Positions 1 to 9,721 of a stretch of 64,000 nucleotides of DNA are shown here, in pieces. Under the pieces are notes generated by a model. It saw only the letters and a program-made list of their open reading frames with translations, did no database searches and had not been told where the DNA came from. The DNA comes from Escherichia virus TH41: the sequence record MT446412.1; one strand, 5' to 3'. The translations under genes and the position numbers were made by a program. The number at the start of each line of letters is the position of its first letter. The stretch's first letter is position 1.

Positions 1-55
1 ATCAAAAGCTCTTAAAGCATTGGCCAACAAATTATATCTTGAGGTGCAACCGTGA
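1..55 (+). CDS. 3' end of an upstream CDS truncated by the window edge
   Basis: Frame-2 reading frame open from position 2 to TGA at 53-55; no start codon inside the window. Confidence 0.3.
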   Translation, partial: SKALKALANKLYLEVQP

Positions 56-315
56 GACTTTATGATTTTAATGAAGCGGGGCTTGAACATATCCGCGAAT
101 GTGATGTGGTTGACGACGATAATCAACCGAATACTATTAAGTATTGGTTTGAAGCTATCACTGACCGGGAAACTGGTCAACTTATCAAAGTCTATGTAGT
201 CACCGATTGGGCCGTAGAATTTAGCTTTAATGTAATGGAAGATGATACTCCAGAGACATTAATCCATATGGCTGAATCATGTATCAAGGATGCTTATTAT
301 GATGAAAATGTATAA
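52..315 (+). CDS. hypothetical protein (87 aa, GTG start)
   Basis: ORF with GAGGTG Shine-Dalgarno 7 nt upstream of GTG; sits upstream of gene 46. Confidence 0.45.
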   Translation: MRLYDFNEAGLEHIRECDVVDDDNQPNTIKYWFEAITDRETGQLIKVYVVTDWAVEFSFNVMEDDTPETLIHMAESCIKDAYYDENV

Positions 316-514
316 ACATGATTTTCATATTGGCGATGGCTGGTTCGGTAATGTAGAATGGGACGTGGATGGTTCTTGGTATACCGGAACTATGTATGTC
401 ACTTCTGAATATTCTGAAGGTGTTTCATGGGCCATGGAACTTGACGACGTGTTTGCTTCTTCCGAAGAAATGCTAGAATATGCTGAACAAACAATTCGTG
501 AGAACAATACATGA
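308..514 (+). CDS. hypothetical protein (about 68 aa)
   Basis: ORF 290..514, probable ATG at 308; stop overlaps gene 46 start (translational coupling). Confidence 0.45.
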   Translation: MYKHDFHIGDGWFGNVEWDVDGSWYTGTMYVTSEYSEGVSWAMELDDVFASSEEMLEYAEQTIRENNT

Positions 515-2193
515 AAACGTTTAAGTTAAAGAAAGTAACGTATAAAAATATTATGTCGGTAGGCCAGCAACCTATTACAATCCAACTTGATAAGGTCCAA
601 AAGACCTTAGTCACCGGTAAAAATGGCGCTGGGAAATCTACGTTCCTTGAAGCTGTTACATTTGCTCTGTTTGGTAAGCCTTTTCGTGATGTTAAGAAAG
701 GGCAATTAATTAACTCAAGTAACAAGAAAGACCTTTTGGTCGAACTGTGGATGGAATATGATGGAAAAGAATACTATATCAAACGCGGGCAAAAACCCAA
801 TGTTTTTGAAATCTCTTGTGGCGGTAAACGTCTTGATGAATCTGCCAGCAGTAAAGACTTCCAAGCGGAATTTGAACAGCTCATCGGAATGTCCTATGCA
901 AGCTTCAAACAAATTGTCGTACTCGGCACAGCTGGATATACCCCTTTTATGGGCCTATCCACTCCTGCAAGAAGAAAACTCGTCGAAGACCTTTTAGAGG
1001 TTTCTGTACTGGCCGATATGGATAAGCTGAACAAATCTCTTATCCGCGAAGTCAATAGTCAAATCCAGGTGCTGGATGTGCAGCATGATGGTATTGTTCA
1101 ACAGATTAAAATCTATCAGGACAACGAAGACCGTCAAAGAAAATTATCAGGTGATAATCTGTTGCGGCTGCAAACGATGTATGATGAACTTGCCACAGAA
1201 GCACGTGGAATCAAAACGACTATCGAAGAAGCAACGACAAGACTGACCGAGATAATCTTGGGAGAAGACCCTGAGCATGAACTCACGAAGTTAAAGCAAG
1301 AATCATTCCTGATTAAGTCGAAGATAGACGATTACCGAAAGGTTGTTGGTCTGTACGAGAAAGGTGGTTGTTGTCAGACTTGTGCCAGCCAGTTGCATCC
1401 AGGAGACCCTATTGTCGCCAGGATTGAGTCAAAGATTGAAGAATGTAATGTATCAGCTGATAACCATAAAGCTCGCCAGAACGCTGTTCAGGAGCAATTT
1501 GATGCGTATTCTGCTGCAAGACAAAAACAACGTACAATAGCTCAAGACATTCAAACTAAGAAACAAACCTTAGTTCAGACTGTCGAAAAAGCTAAAAAGG
1601 TTAAAGCATTAATCGAGCAAGCTAAGTCAGAATTCATTGACCATGCGGCAGACATTAAAATGCTTCAAGACCAGCTTGATAAAATAGTCAAACAGAAATC
1701 CGACCTTGTGATGGAAAAATATCAACGTGGTATCCTAACGGATATGTTGAAAGATTCCGGTATCAAAGGTGCGATTATTAAGAAATATATTCCTATCTTT
1801 AATAAGCAGATAAATGCTTACCTTAAAGTTATGGAAGCTGATTATAGTTTTACGTTAGATGAAGAGTTCAACGAAACGATTAAATCTCGTGGACGTGAAG
1901 ACTTCAGCTATGCATCATTTAGCCAGGGTGAAAAAGCTCGTATCGATATTGCATTGCTGTTTACATGGCGTGATATTGCTGCGAAAGTATCTGGTGTTAA
2001 TATTAACACCTTGATTCTGGACGAAGTTTTCGATTCAGCTACTGATGTAGAGGGGGTTAAAGCAATTGCTACCATCCTGAACAAATTGGAAGACACCAAC
2101 ATCTTTATTATCAGTCACCGAGACCATGACCCGGAAGCATACGGGCAACATCTCCAGATGAAAAAAGTTGGTCGATTCACTGTTATGGAATAA
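511..2193 (+). CDS. 46: recombination endonuclease ATPase subunit gp46 (Rad50/SbcC-like)
   Basis: 560 aa, same length as T4 gp46; Walker A GKNGAGKST, long coiled-coil centre, C-terminal LILDEVFDSATD Walker B/D-loop. Confidence 0.93.
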   Translation: MKTFKLKKVTYKNIMSVGQQPITIQLDKVQKTLVTGKNGAGKSTFLEAVTFALFGKPFRDVKKGQLINSSNKKDLLVELWMEYDGKEYYIKRGQKPNVFEISCGGKRLDESASSKDFQAEFEQLIGMSYASFKQIVVLGTAGYTPFMGLSTPARRKLVEDLLEVSVLADMDKLNKSLIREVNSQIQVLDVQHDGIVQQIKIYQDNEDRQRKLSGDNLLRLQTMYDELATEARGIKTTIEEATTRLTEIILGEDPEHELTKLKQESFLIKSKIDDYRKVVGLYEKGGCCQTCASQLHPGDPIVARIESKIEECNVSADNHKARQNAVQEQFDAYSAARQKQRTIAQDIQTKKQTLVQTVEKAKKVKALIEQAKSEFIDHAADIKMLQDQLDKIVKQKSDLVMEKYQRGILTDMLKDSGIKGAIIKKYIPIFNKQINAYLKVMEADYSFTLDEEFNETIKSRGREDFSYASFSQGEKARIDIALLFTWRDIAAKVSGVNINTLILDEVFDSATDVEGVKAIATILNKLEDTNIFIISHRDHDPEAYGQHLQMKKVGRFTVME

Positions 2194-2217
2194 TGCTTTA
2201 AACAAGGATGTTATAAT
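2192..2217 (+). promoter_or_regulatory. candidate MotA-dependent middle promoter
   Basis: aaTGCTTtA MotA-box-like motif, 11-nt spacer, TATAAT; coordinates +/-2. Confidence 0.4.
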
Positions 2218-2227
2218 AGAGGCTATT

Positions 2228-2419
2228 ATGGCTGACTTCTTAACCGGGCAGCATTTACTGGCTGTCCCTGAAATTAAACGGTATGTGTTAGTTAATACCT
2301 TTTCGAAAGATGAACACCTTGTTACTGAACGTGACTTACAAAACGCTTTCGGTGAAGAATATGTTAAAATAATCGCGAACAGACACAAAGCCTGGTTCGC
2401 ATATGAATACTTTGATTAA
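2228..2419 (+). CDS. hypothetical protein (63 aa; T4 45.2 position)
   Basis: ORF 2168..2419 with ATG at 2228; small ORF between 46 and 45 as in T4. Confidence 0.5.
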   Translation: MADFLTGQHLLAVPEIKRYVLVNTFSKDEHLVTERDLQNAFGEEYVKIIANRHKAWFAYEYFD

Positions 2420-2443
2420 TTGATAATGAATAGAGAGAATATT

Positions 2444-2851
2444 ATGAACAACGTAACTGCTAAAGATATCCAAGTTAAAACCATCCGCACCGACGCCAAC
2501 CCACATAACCAAAACCGCATCCGCAAATCCTGGGTCCTGGCATGTGATGAAGCATCTGCTACCCGTCTGCAGTCTCTGCCGCAAGAAATTAAATTCATGC
2601 TGTACGGTGTGATTGATACTGATGTATCTGATAAGTGGATTGAACTGATGCGTAATCACTACAACGATTCACTGGCTGCTGGTGCTAAACTGGTTATCGA
2701 CCGTGACGGTTCCGAACGTCTTGAAGATGATTATTGTGTTAACTCTGACGACCATCTGGTGCAAGCTGGTTCTATTATTGCTGCGCAACTTCCAGAGTAT
2801 ATTGAATCTCTTCCGGAAGCTATCCGCAAACAAATGGCAGTTGTTGCTTAA
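2444..2851 (+). CDS. hypothetical protein, RpbA-like by position (135 aa)
   Basis: ORF 2420..2851, ATG at 2444; directly upstream of gene 45 where T4 has rpbA; sequence identity not verified. Confidence 0.4.
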   Translation: MNNVTAKDIQVKTIRTDANPHNQNRIRKSWVLACDEASATRLQSLPQEIKFMLYGVIDTDVSDKWIELMRNHYNDSLAAGAKLVIDRDGSERLEDDYCVNSDDHLVQAGSIIAAQLPEYIESLPEAIRKQMAVVA

Positions 2852-2878
2852 TTTTTGATTTGAATAAAAGGTAATTAA

Positions 2879-3574
2879 ATGAAATTCTCTAAAGACACTA
2901 TCGCAGTTCTGAAAAACTTCACCTCCATTTACTCTGGCATTATGCTTAAGCCGGGTAATACCATCCTGACTCGTTCTGTAACCGGAGCGTCATATGGTGA
3001 ATCTGAAATCAATGATACAATCGACTTTGAAGCTGCAATTTATGACCTGAACGGCTTCTTAAGTATCCTGGGTCTGGTAACTGACCAAGCTGAAGTATCT
3101 CTGGCTGAAGATGCATCGAATATCATTATCAAAGACCAACGTTCAACGATTCACTGGCCTGCAGCTGACCCGAGCACTATCGTGTTCCCTGCTAAGAAGA
3201 TTCCTTTCCCGGTAGCTAAGGTTATCTTCGACCTGAAAGGTAGTGACCTGCAGCAGCTTCTGCGTGTGGCTGGTGGGTTGTCTCTGGATACTTTTGCAAT
3301 CACCAACAAAGACGGTAAGATTGTTATCCATGGTTATAACCAGCTCGAAGATAAAGAATTAGCACGCCCATTGTATTCCCTGGTGTGTGGCGATTACGAA
3401 GGCGATGCAGCGTTTAAATTTATCATTAACAAACTGAACATGAAAATGATTCCGGCTGATTACCGTGTTATGCTTTGGGCGAAAGATGATAAATTTGCTA
3501 CGAAGTTTGAAGGCACACAAGCAAGCTATGTGATTGCAATGGAACAAGGCTCTAGCCACGAATTCCAAGATTAA
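2879..3574 (+). CDS. 45: sliding clamp gp45
   Basis: 231 aa; N-terminus MKFSKDTIAVLKNFTSIYSGIMLK and later blocks closely match T4 gp45. Confidence 0.93.
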   Translation: MKFSKDTIAVLKNFTSIYSGIMLKPGNTILTRSVTGASYGESEINDTIDFEAAIYDLNGFLSILGLVTDQAEVSLAEDASNIIIKDQRSTIHWPAADPSTIVFPAKKIPFPVAKVIFDLKGSDLQQLLRVAGGLSLDTFAITNKDGKIVIHGYNQLEDKELARPLYSLVCGDYEGDAAFKFIINKLNMKMIPADYRVMLWAKDDKFATKFEGTQASYVIAMEQGSSHEFQD

Positions 3575-3577
3575 TAA

Positions 3578-3595
3578 ATGGGGCTTCGGCCCCAT
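3578..3595 (+). other. TTCG-tetraloop hairpin without U-tract (intercistronic 45/44)
   Basis: ATGGGGC-TTCG-GCCCCAT inverted repeat just after gene 45 stop. Confidence 0.4.
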
Positions 3596-3632
3596 GGAGT
3601 ACAAAGTAGAAACTAATATGAGGAAAATAATA

Positions 3633-4610
3633 ATGGCAACAGTAATTAACGGTTTGACAGTCAACGAATCCGACTTCATGTGGGAACAAAAATACCGCCC
3701 AGGTACATTATCAGAGTGTATTCTCCCGGCCCATGATAAAGAAACATTAGAGGCGATTGTTAAAAAAGGTTTGATTCCTAACTTGATTCTGGTCAGTAGT
3801 TCCCCTGGTACTGGTAAGACAACAGTTGCAAAAGCTATGTGTGCAGATACGAATTCTGATATGCTGTTTGTTAACGGCTCCGATTGCCGAATTGACTTTG
3901 TGCGTAATGAATTGACTCGCTTTGCATCATCCAAATCAATCGAAGGTCGCCGCAAGGTAATCGTTATCGATGAGTTTGACCGTGCAGGTCTGGCTGAATC
4001 ACAACGGCACCTCCGTAGCTTTATGGAAGCTTATTCGAGTAACTGTTCAATCATTATGACCGCGAACAATATTGATGGCATCATCACTCCGTTGCAGTCT
4101 CGTTGTCGCGTCATTAAGTTCGGTGAAGCAACTCCGGCTGACCAGACTACCATGATGAAAGAGATGATTCATCGTGCAGTTGCGGTATGTAAAAATGAAG
4201 GCGTTGAAATCGAAGACCTGAAAGTTGTTGCTGCTCTGGTTAAGCATAACTTCCCGGACCTGCGTAAGACAATTAACGAGCTTGACCGTTACTCTGCAAA
4301 GGGTGTTATCGATTCTGGTATTCTGAGTATCGTGACAAACAATCGCACGCCAATTGATGATGTGATTGATGCCCTTAAGGACCGTAATTTTAAAGTTCTC
4401 CGTGGTCTGGCTCCTAAGCATGCAAATGATTATTCAAGCTTCATTGCAAAGCTGGCTGATGAAATGTATGGCAAACTGACTGGTGCAAGTATCATCCGCA
4501 TGTATGAGATTGTAGGTGAGAATAATCAGTATCATGGCATTGCGGCCAATACCGAAGTTCACTTGACTTATCTGTTTGCTCAACTGGCTGGGGAAATGAA
4601 ATGGCTGTAA
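3633..4610 (+). CDS. 44: clamp loader large subunit gp44
   Basis: ATG at 3633 after AGGAAAA RBS; P-loop SPGTGKTT; AAA+ clamp-loader blocks near-identical to T4 gp44. Confidence 0.93.
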   Translation: MATVINGLTVNESDFMWEQKYRPGTLSECILPAHDKETLEAIVKKGLIPNLILVSSSPGTGKTTVAKAMCADTNSDMLFVNGSDCRIDFVRNELTRFASSKSIEGRRKVIVIDEFDRAGLAESQRHLRSFMEAYSSNCSIIMTANNIDGIITPLQSRCRVIKFGEATPADQTTMMKEMIHRAVAVCKNEGVEIEDLKVVAALVKHNFPDLRKTINELDRYSAKGVIDSGILSIVTNNRTPIDDVIDALKDRNFKVLRGLAPKHANDYSSFIAKLADEMYGKLTGASIIRMYEIVGENNQYHGIAANTEVHLTYLFAQLAGEMKWL

Positions 4611-5179
4611 GTCTCTTTGATGATGACGTTCAATTAAACGAACATGAGGTTGCGTGGAAATCACGCGACTTTAACAAAATTCAGGAATTGTCCGATTCAT
4701 ACAAAGAGAAAGCAGAAAATGAATTGTTCGCGATTCTTAACGACATAACCGTTAGCAAAAAACCACGGAACCTGATTCAATCGGAAAACTACAATAAATT
4801 CTGGCTGGATAACGCATTGAGTCAACATGTTGATTGCATCATGCAGGTGAACGTGATGAACTTAATCGGTTCCGGGTTAACAGACCAGCAGCATTATAAT
4901 TATTTGCTGCATGCAGTTCCGCAAGGTAAGCGTTACGGCAAATGGGCGAAGGCTGAACCGGATGTAGTCAACGTCCAGCTTGTGCTCAAGCTTTTAATGA
5001 AATATTATACAATTAATGCAGATGATGCTTTGATGTATATGGAAACATTGAAAGTCAAAGGTAGTCTTAAAGATGTTTTGAAAAAGACAAAAGGTCTGGT
5101 AACGGATGAATTCTTAAAGACCGTTACCAGTAATGTGAAAGAACAAAAAGAAATTAAAAAACAAATATTGGAATGGTAA
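4601..5179 (+). CDS. 62: clamp loader small subunit gp62
   Basis: 192 aa, start overlaps gp44 stop; size and position as T4 gp62. Confidence 0.85.
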   Translation: MAVSLFDDDVQLNEHEVAWKSRDFNKIQELSDSYKEKAENELFAILNDITVSKKPRNLIQSENYNKFWLDNALSQHVDCIMQVNVMNLIGSGLTDQQHYNYLLHAVPQGKRYGKWAKAEPDVVNVQLVLKLLMKYYTINADDALMYMETLKVKGSLKDVLKKTKGLVTDEFLKTVTSNVKEQKEIKKQILEW

Positions 5180-5180
5180 A

Positions 5181-5549
5181 ATGATTGAAATTACATTAAA
5201 GCAACCTGAAGACTTCCTGAAAGTTAAAGAAACTCTGACCCGTATGGGCATCGCAAATAATAAAGACCGTGTGCTGTACCAGAGCTGCCACATCCTCCAA
5301 AAGCAAGGTCGTTATTATATTGTTCACTTCAAAGAAATGCTGCGCATGGATGGTCGTCAGGTTGATATTGACGGTGAAGACTATCAGCGCCGTGATTCCA
5401 TCGCCCAACTGCTTGAAGACTGGGGCTTAATCGCTATCAAAGAAGAAGAGCATAATGAATTGTTCGCAGTAACAAATAACTTCCGTGTTATTTCATTCAA
5501 ACAAAAAGACGACTGGAAGCTCGTAGCCAAATATACAATTGGTAATTGA
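5181..5549 (+). CDS. regA: translational repressor RegA
   Basis: 122 aa; MIEITLK..VLYQSCHILQK..FRVISFKQK..KYTIGN matches T4 RegA. Confidence 0.93.
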   Translation: MIEITLKQPEDFLKVKETLTRMGIANNKDRVLYQSCHILQKQGRYYIVHFKEMLRMDGRQVDIDGEDYQRRDSIAQLLEDWGLIAIKEEEHNELFAVTNNFRVISFKQKDDWKLVAKYTIGN

Positions 5550-5550
5550 T

Positions 5551-5766
5551 ATGAAGCATGAAATTGAAACATGTGAACGCCTTAAAGAAGTATATGGACT
5601 TTCCCCAACTCAAACTATTTTTGACCTTTCCGAAGAACTTCAAATAGAATTTCAAAAGGAACTCAATAAATTATTGCATCCTGGACAGAGAGTCTTCCAG
5701 GCTATGGTTAGAACTAAAGATGAAAATGGTAATCCGACCATCGAACGTCGTACAATAGAAATTTAA
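5551..5766 (+). CDS. hypothetical protein (71 aa)
   Basis: ORF 5539..5766 with ATG at 5551 directly after regA stop. Confidence 0.5.
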   Translation: MKHEIETCERLKEVYGLSPTQTIFDLSEELQIEFQKELNKLLHPGQRVFQAMVRTKDENGNPTIERRTIEI

Positions 5767-5771
5767 AGCAA

Positions 5772-5790
5772 AGGGACTTCGGTCCCTTTT
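5772..5790 (+). terminator. intrinsic terminator (TTCG tetraloop)
   Basis: GGGAC-TTCG-GTCCC followed by TTTT; a TATAAT follows at about 5795. Confidence 0.7.
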
Positions 5791-5851
5791 GTAGTATAAT
5801 AGCGTCAAGTCATAAAACAAAAGTCAATCACTCGACTATAAAGGAAATCAA

Positions 5852-8566
5852 ATGCAAGAATTTTATTTAACTATCGAACAAATCGGTGACAACCTACTCG
5901 AACGATATATTGACAAGAATGGTCATGAACGTGTTCGTGAAATCCCTTATGCTCCATGCTTGTTTATGCACGCCCGCGAAGACCAAGCTGCAAAGTATAC
6001 AGACATCTATAATAAAGGTTGTGTGAAAAAAGAATTCGATTCCATGCGTGATGCATCCCAGTGGATGAAGCGAATGAATGACATGGGTCTCGAAGCTATG
6101 GGTATGGACGACTTTAAACTCGCATACTTGTCCGACCGTTACCCACACGAAATCAAATATGATTCAAGTAAAATCCGTGTTGCTAACTTCGATATCGAGG
6201 TGACATCTCCTGATGGGTTCCCTGAACCGTCTGAAGCACGTCACCCTATTGACGCCCTGACGCACTATGATTCGGTAGACGATAAATTCTATGTCTTTGA
6301 CCTTTTGGGCTCACCATACGCCACTGTGGAGCAATGGTCTATTGATATTGCTGCTAAGCTGCAGGAAGACGGTGGTGATGAAGTCCCGGAAGAAATCCTG
6401 GAAAAAATTGTTTATATGGCTTTCGATTCAGAAGAAGAAATGCTCCAGCAGTATTTGGTATTCTGGAACGAGAAAACTCCGGTTATGTTAACTGGTTGGA
6501 ACATCGAGAAGTTTGATATTCCATATATCTACAACCGCCTTAAAAATGTATTTGGTGAAGCTACAGCAAAACGTCTGAGCCCACATCGTCGTACAAAAGT
6601 TAAGGTCATTAACAACGGCTTTGGCGAAGAACAAGAAATCATTCAGATTCTGGGTATCTCTGTTCTGGATTATCTGGACCTGTATAAAAAGTTCAGCTTC
6701 ACAAACCAACCGTCTTATTCGTTGGATTATGTTGCGGAATCTGAACTGGGTGTTGGTAAACTCCCGTATGATGGCCCGATTTCTAAACTGCGCGAATCAA
6801 ATCACCAGCGGTATATTTCTTATAACATCATCGACGTTTATCGTGTTGTGCAGATTGACCGTAAGCGACAGTTTATTAACCTGAGTCAGTCAATGGGTTA
6901 TTACGCAAAAATGCAGATTCAGTCTGTATTCAGCCCAATCAAAACTTGGGATGCGATTATCTTTAACAGCTTGAAGACTCAAAACAAAGTTATTCCGGAA
7001 ACCAAATCGCATGTTCGCCAATCGTTCCCTGGTGCATTTGTTAAGGAACCTATTCCGAACGCATACAAATATGTAATGAGCTGTGACTTAACATCTCTGT
7101 ATCCGAGCATCATCCGACAGATTAACATCAGTCCAGAAACGATTGCCGGGTCATTTGCGCCAGCCCAGATGTATGAATACATCGCAGGAACTGCTGACCG
7201 TCCATCTGATACATTTAGTTGTGCTCCAAATGGTATGATGTATTTTAAAGATGTTGCGGGTATTATTCCGACAGAAGTCACCAAGGTGTTTAATCAGCGT
7301 AAAGAGCACAAAGGCTATATGCTTGCGGCTCAACGTAATGGTGAACTGATTAAGGAAGCTCTGCGTAATCCAGGAACTGGCACAACCGAACCAGAAGTTG
7401 ATTATCGTCATGACTTTGATGACAATATGAAAACGGCCCTGCATGGTCTGAATCAAACAGTCCTAAATGGTATGCTGTACAAAGCGCAGATGGAAGAAGT
7501 TGCAGGCATGACCGCACAGATTAACCGTAAACTGCTTATCAACAGTTGTTATGGCGCTCTGGGTAATATCTGGTTCCGTTACTTTGACCTGCGAAATGCA
7601 ACCGCGATTACATCTTTCGGACAACTTGCACTGCAGTGGATTGAGCGTAAAGTTAACGAATACTTCGATAGTGTTTGTGGTACAAGCGGTGAAACTTATG
7701 TGTTCTATGGCGATACTGACTCCATTTATATCCAGTGCGATAACCTGATTAAAAAGGTTGGTGGCGAATCTAAATTCCGCGATACAAACCACCTGGTTGA
7801 CTTCATGGACAAGTTTGCGAAAGACCGTCTGGAACCGGCAATCGATAAAGCTTTCCGTGAGCTGGCTGAATACATGAACAACAAACAGCACCTTATGTTT
7901 ATGGACCGTGAGGCGATTGCATGTCCTCCGCTGGGTTCGAAGGGTGTGGGTGGATTCTGGACGGCGAAGAAGCGTTATGCGTTGAACGTGTACGATATGG
8001 AAGGCACACGTTATGCTGTTCCAAAATTGAAAATCATGGGTCTGGAAACTCAAAAGTCGAGTACTCCAAAGGCATGTCAGAAAGCTCTGAAAGAATGCAT
8101 CCGCCGTATGCTGCAAGAAGGTGAAGAATCTCTGCAGACATACTTCAAGGAATTCAATAAGGAATTTAATGAGCTTAACTACATGACCATCGCAGGGGTA
8201 TCATCGGTTAACAACATCCAGAAATATAATGAAGGTGGTTTCCCTGGATTTAAGTGCCCGGCTCATATCAAAGGTGTGCTTGCATATATGCGTGCAACTA
8301 AAGGTCTGAAGACTGTTCCGCAAATCATGGAAGGGGAAAAGGTGTATGTACTTCCTCTTAAAGTCGGCAACCCATTTGGTGAAACCGTGATTGCATGGCC
8401 ATCAGGGATTGAACTCCCGATTGAAATTCGTGACCAAGTCTTGCAGTGGATGGACTACAACACACTGTTCCAGAAGACTTTTGTCAAACCGTTAACAGGT
8501 TTCTCTGAAGCTGCAAAGGTTGATTACGAAAAGAAAGCAACTCTTTTTGATATGTTTGACTTTTAA
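5852..8566 (+). CDS. 43: DNA polymerase gp43 (family B)
   Basis: 904 aa; exonuclease and polymerase motifs (FDIE, YGDTDS); C-terminal clamp-binding tail TLFDMFDF. Confidence 0.95.
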   Translation: MQEFYLTIEQIGDNLLERYIDKNGHERVREIPYAPCLFMHAREDQAAKYTDIYNKGCVKKEFDSMRDASQWMKRMNDMGLEAMGMDDFKLAYLSDRYPHEIKYDSSKIRVANFDIEVTSPDGFPEPSEARHPIDALTHYDSVDDKFYVFDLLGSPYATVEQWSIDIAAKLQEDGGDEVPEEILEKIVYMAFDSEEEMLQQYLVFWNEKTPVMLTGWNIEKFDIPYIYNRLKNVFGEATAKRLSPHRRTKVKVINNGFGEEQEIIQILGISVLDYLDLYKKFSFTNQPSYSLDYVAESELGVGKLPYDGPISKLRESNHQRYISYNIIDVYRVVQIDRKRQFINLSQSMGYYAKMQIQSVFSPIKTWDAIIFNSLKTQNKVIPETKSHVRQSFPGAFVKEPIPNAYKYVMSCDLTSLYPSIIRQINISPETIAGSFAPAQMYEYIAGTADRPSDTFSCAPNGMMYFKDVAGIIPTEVTKVFNQRKEHKGYMLAAQRNGELIKEALRNPGTGTTEPEVDYRHDFDDNMKTALHGLNQTVLNGMLYKAQMEEVAGMTAQINRKLLINSCYGALGNIWFRYFDLRNATAITSFGQLALQWIERKVNEYFDSVCGTSGETYVFYGDTDSIYIQCDNLIKKVGGESKFRDTNHLVDFMDKFAKDRLEPAIDKAFRELAEYMNNKQHLMFMDREAIACPPLGSKGVGGFWTAKKRYALNVYDMEGTRYAVPKLKIMGLETQKSSTPKACQKALKECIRRMLQEGEESLQTYFKEFNKEFNELNYMTIAGVSSVNNIQKYNEGGFPGFKCPAHIKGVLAYMRATKGLKTVPQIMEGEKVYVLPLKVGNPFGETVIAWPSGIELPIEIRDQVLQWMDYNTLFQKTFVKPLTGFSEAAKVDYEKKATLFDMFDF

Positions 8567-8568
8567 GT

Positions 8569-8598
8569 GTTTACAACGGCAATGGATTGCCGTATGAT
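8569..8598 (+). promoter_or_regulatory. early promoter (cassette type) with spacer hairpin
   Basis: GTTTACA -35, 8-bp inverted repeat ACGGCAAT/ATTGCCGT in the spacer, TATGAT -10; leader CATCAACTGATGA before the imm ATG. Confidence 0.55.
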
Positions 8599-8635
8599 TA
8601 CCCCATCAACTGATGAATAACTTGAGGATATTAAA

Positions 8636-8878
8636 ATGGAAACATTAATTGCGGGTACTGTTGTTCTTGGTGCAGGTTCTTTCTTCCTGGCTGCACTGGC
8701 ATATTTTCTGCCGTGGATTATCGCGCTACTGCGTGGAACCAAAAGTAATTGCGGAATCTTCTTTGTTAACCTCCTGTTAGGTTGGACAATGGTCGGATGG
8801 TTTATTGCATTTATCTGGGCACTCGTTGCTGAACGTAAATCAAACGCACAAGTAATTATCATCAAGGAATCAAAATGA
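8636..8878 (+). CDS. imm: superinfection immunity membrane protein Imm-like
   Basis: 80 aa, two TM helices, YFLPWIIALLRG...LLGWT.VGWFIAFIWAL; T4 imm position downstream of 43. Confidence 0.55.
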   Translation: METLIAGTVVLGAGSFFLAALAYFLPWIIALLRGTKSNCGIFFVNLLLGWTMVGWFIAFIWALVAERKSNAQVIIIKESK

Positions 8879-9018
8879 AGATAATTACAATTATTGTATT
8901 GATTGCATTTTTTAGTATGTCAATCTATTGGGCAATAATGACTCCACATATGATTCCAACTTTAATTTTGGGTTGGGTATTTTTGGGGCTCCAAGCCCGC
9001 TATGAATGTTTTAATTAG
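8875..9018 (+). CDS. small hydrophobic protein (47 aa)
   Basis: ATGA overlap with imm stop; MKIITIIVLIAFF... single TM; below the ORF-track size cutoff. Confidence 0.3.
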   Translation: MKIITIIVLIAFFSMSIYWAIMTPHMIPTLILGWVFLGLQARYECFN

Positions 9019-9026
9019 GAAGCAAA

Positions 9027-9530
9027 ATGAAAAAGTTAGCTATCGCAGCTGTTATGCTGCTATCTGGTTGTGCTTACCAGGGTGATGTTGTTAATGCCAA
9101 CGAGATTGGTAAAGCGCGAATTGCTGCAGACCGTCAGGTGCATAATGGTTCCTTTGATTTCAAAGGTGGTACTGGACTTATCTACAAACGCGACAACAAT
9201 CAATGTGGAAACAACTGCGCGAAATATGCTCAACAAGAAATTGAGTACAAACGCGAGCAAGCTGCGAAGCATGACGAAATCATTGCCAAGCTGGAAGCAG
9301 AAACCAAGCGACAAAATGACCTGGACACTGTTAACCAGATTTCACAGGTCTGCATGTCATACATCAATATGCAGATAAACATCATGCGCGCAGAAGCTTA
9401 TCAGGCAGCGGAGATGGGTTCTCCAAAAGCTAATGAGTACCGCGATATGTATCAGCGTTCTGCTCAAAACCGTCTGAGCTATATTAATAAATGTGTAGCT
9501 AAAGAGAAAGCACGCCAAGGTATTAACTGA
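9027..9530 (+). CDS. putative lipoprotein (167 aa)
   Basis: Signal peptide with lipobox LLSGC; coiled-coil-rich; occupies the slot between imm and uvsX. Confidence 0.6.
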   Translation: MKKLAIAAVMLLSGCAYQGDVVNANEIGKARIAADRQVHNGSFDFKGGTGLIYKRDNNQCGNNCAKYAQQEIEYKREQAAKHDEIIAKLEAETKRQNDLDTVNQISQVCMSYINMQINIMRAEAYQAAEMGSPKANEYRDMYQRSAQNRLSYINKCVAKEKARQGIN

Positions 9531-9637
9531 TGTTATTATTACTTCTGATTGTTGTAACAGTAATTGGTTTGCTGCTATTAGAAAAGCGTAATAAGCATTT
9601 GGCTGAAGAAAACTGGAAATGTGGTAACGTTTACTGA
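9530..9637 (+). CDS. tiny membrane peptide (35 aa)
   Basis: ATG overlaps lipoprotein stop; MLLLLLIVVTVIGLLLL...; speculative. Confidence 0.25.
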   Translation: MLLLLLIVVTVIGLLLLEKRNKHLAEENWKCGNVY

Positions 9638-9721
9638 GTTAATTGCTCTAAAAATACAGTGATATAATTATCCTATCTTAAACCTGTGAGAAAAATATAA
9701 TGGTGCCTATGGAAAAAATGA

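Noticed and set aside
7463-8116. 217-aa antisense ORF inside the polymerase gene, and similar long antisense ORFs at 3359..3955, 9991..10704 and 55864..56841
   Set aside because: They lie entirely inside strongly supported conserved genes (43, 45/44, uvsX, 32) on the opposite strand and lack ribosome-binding sites; treated as shadow ORFs.
8879-9026. Intergenic gaps checked for tRNA or small RNA genes (also 12659-12746, 42406-42717, 53576-53671)
   Set aside because: The gaps are short and are explained by promoters, terminators or micro-ORFs; no cloverleaf-compatible arrangement was seen.
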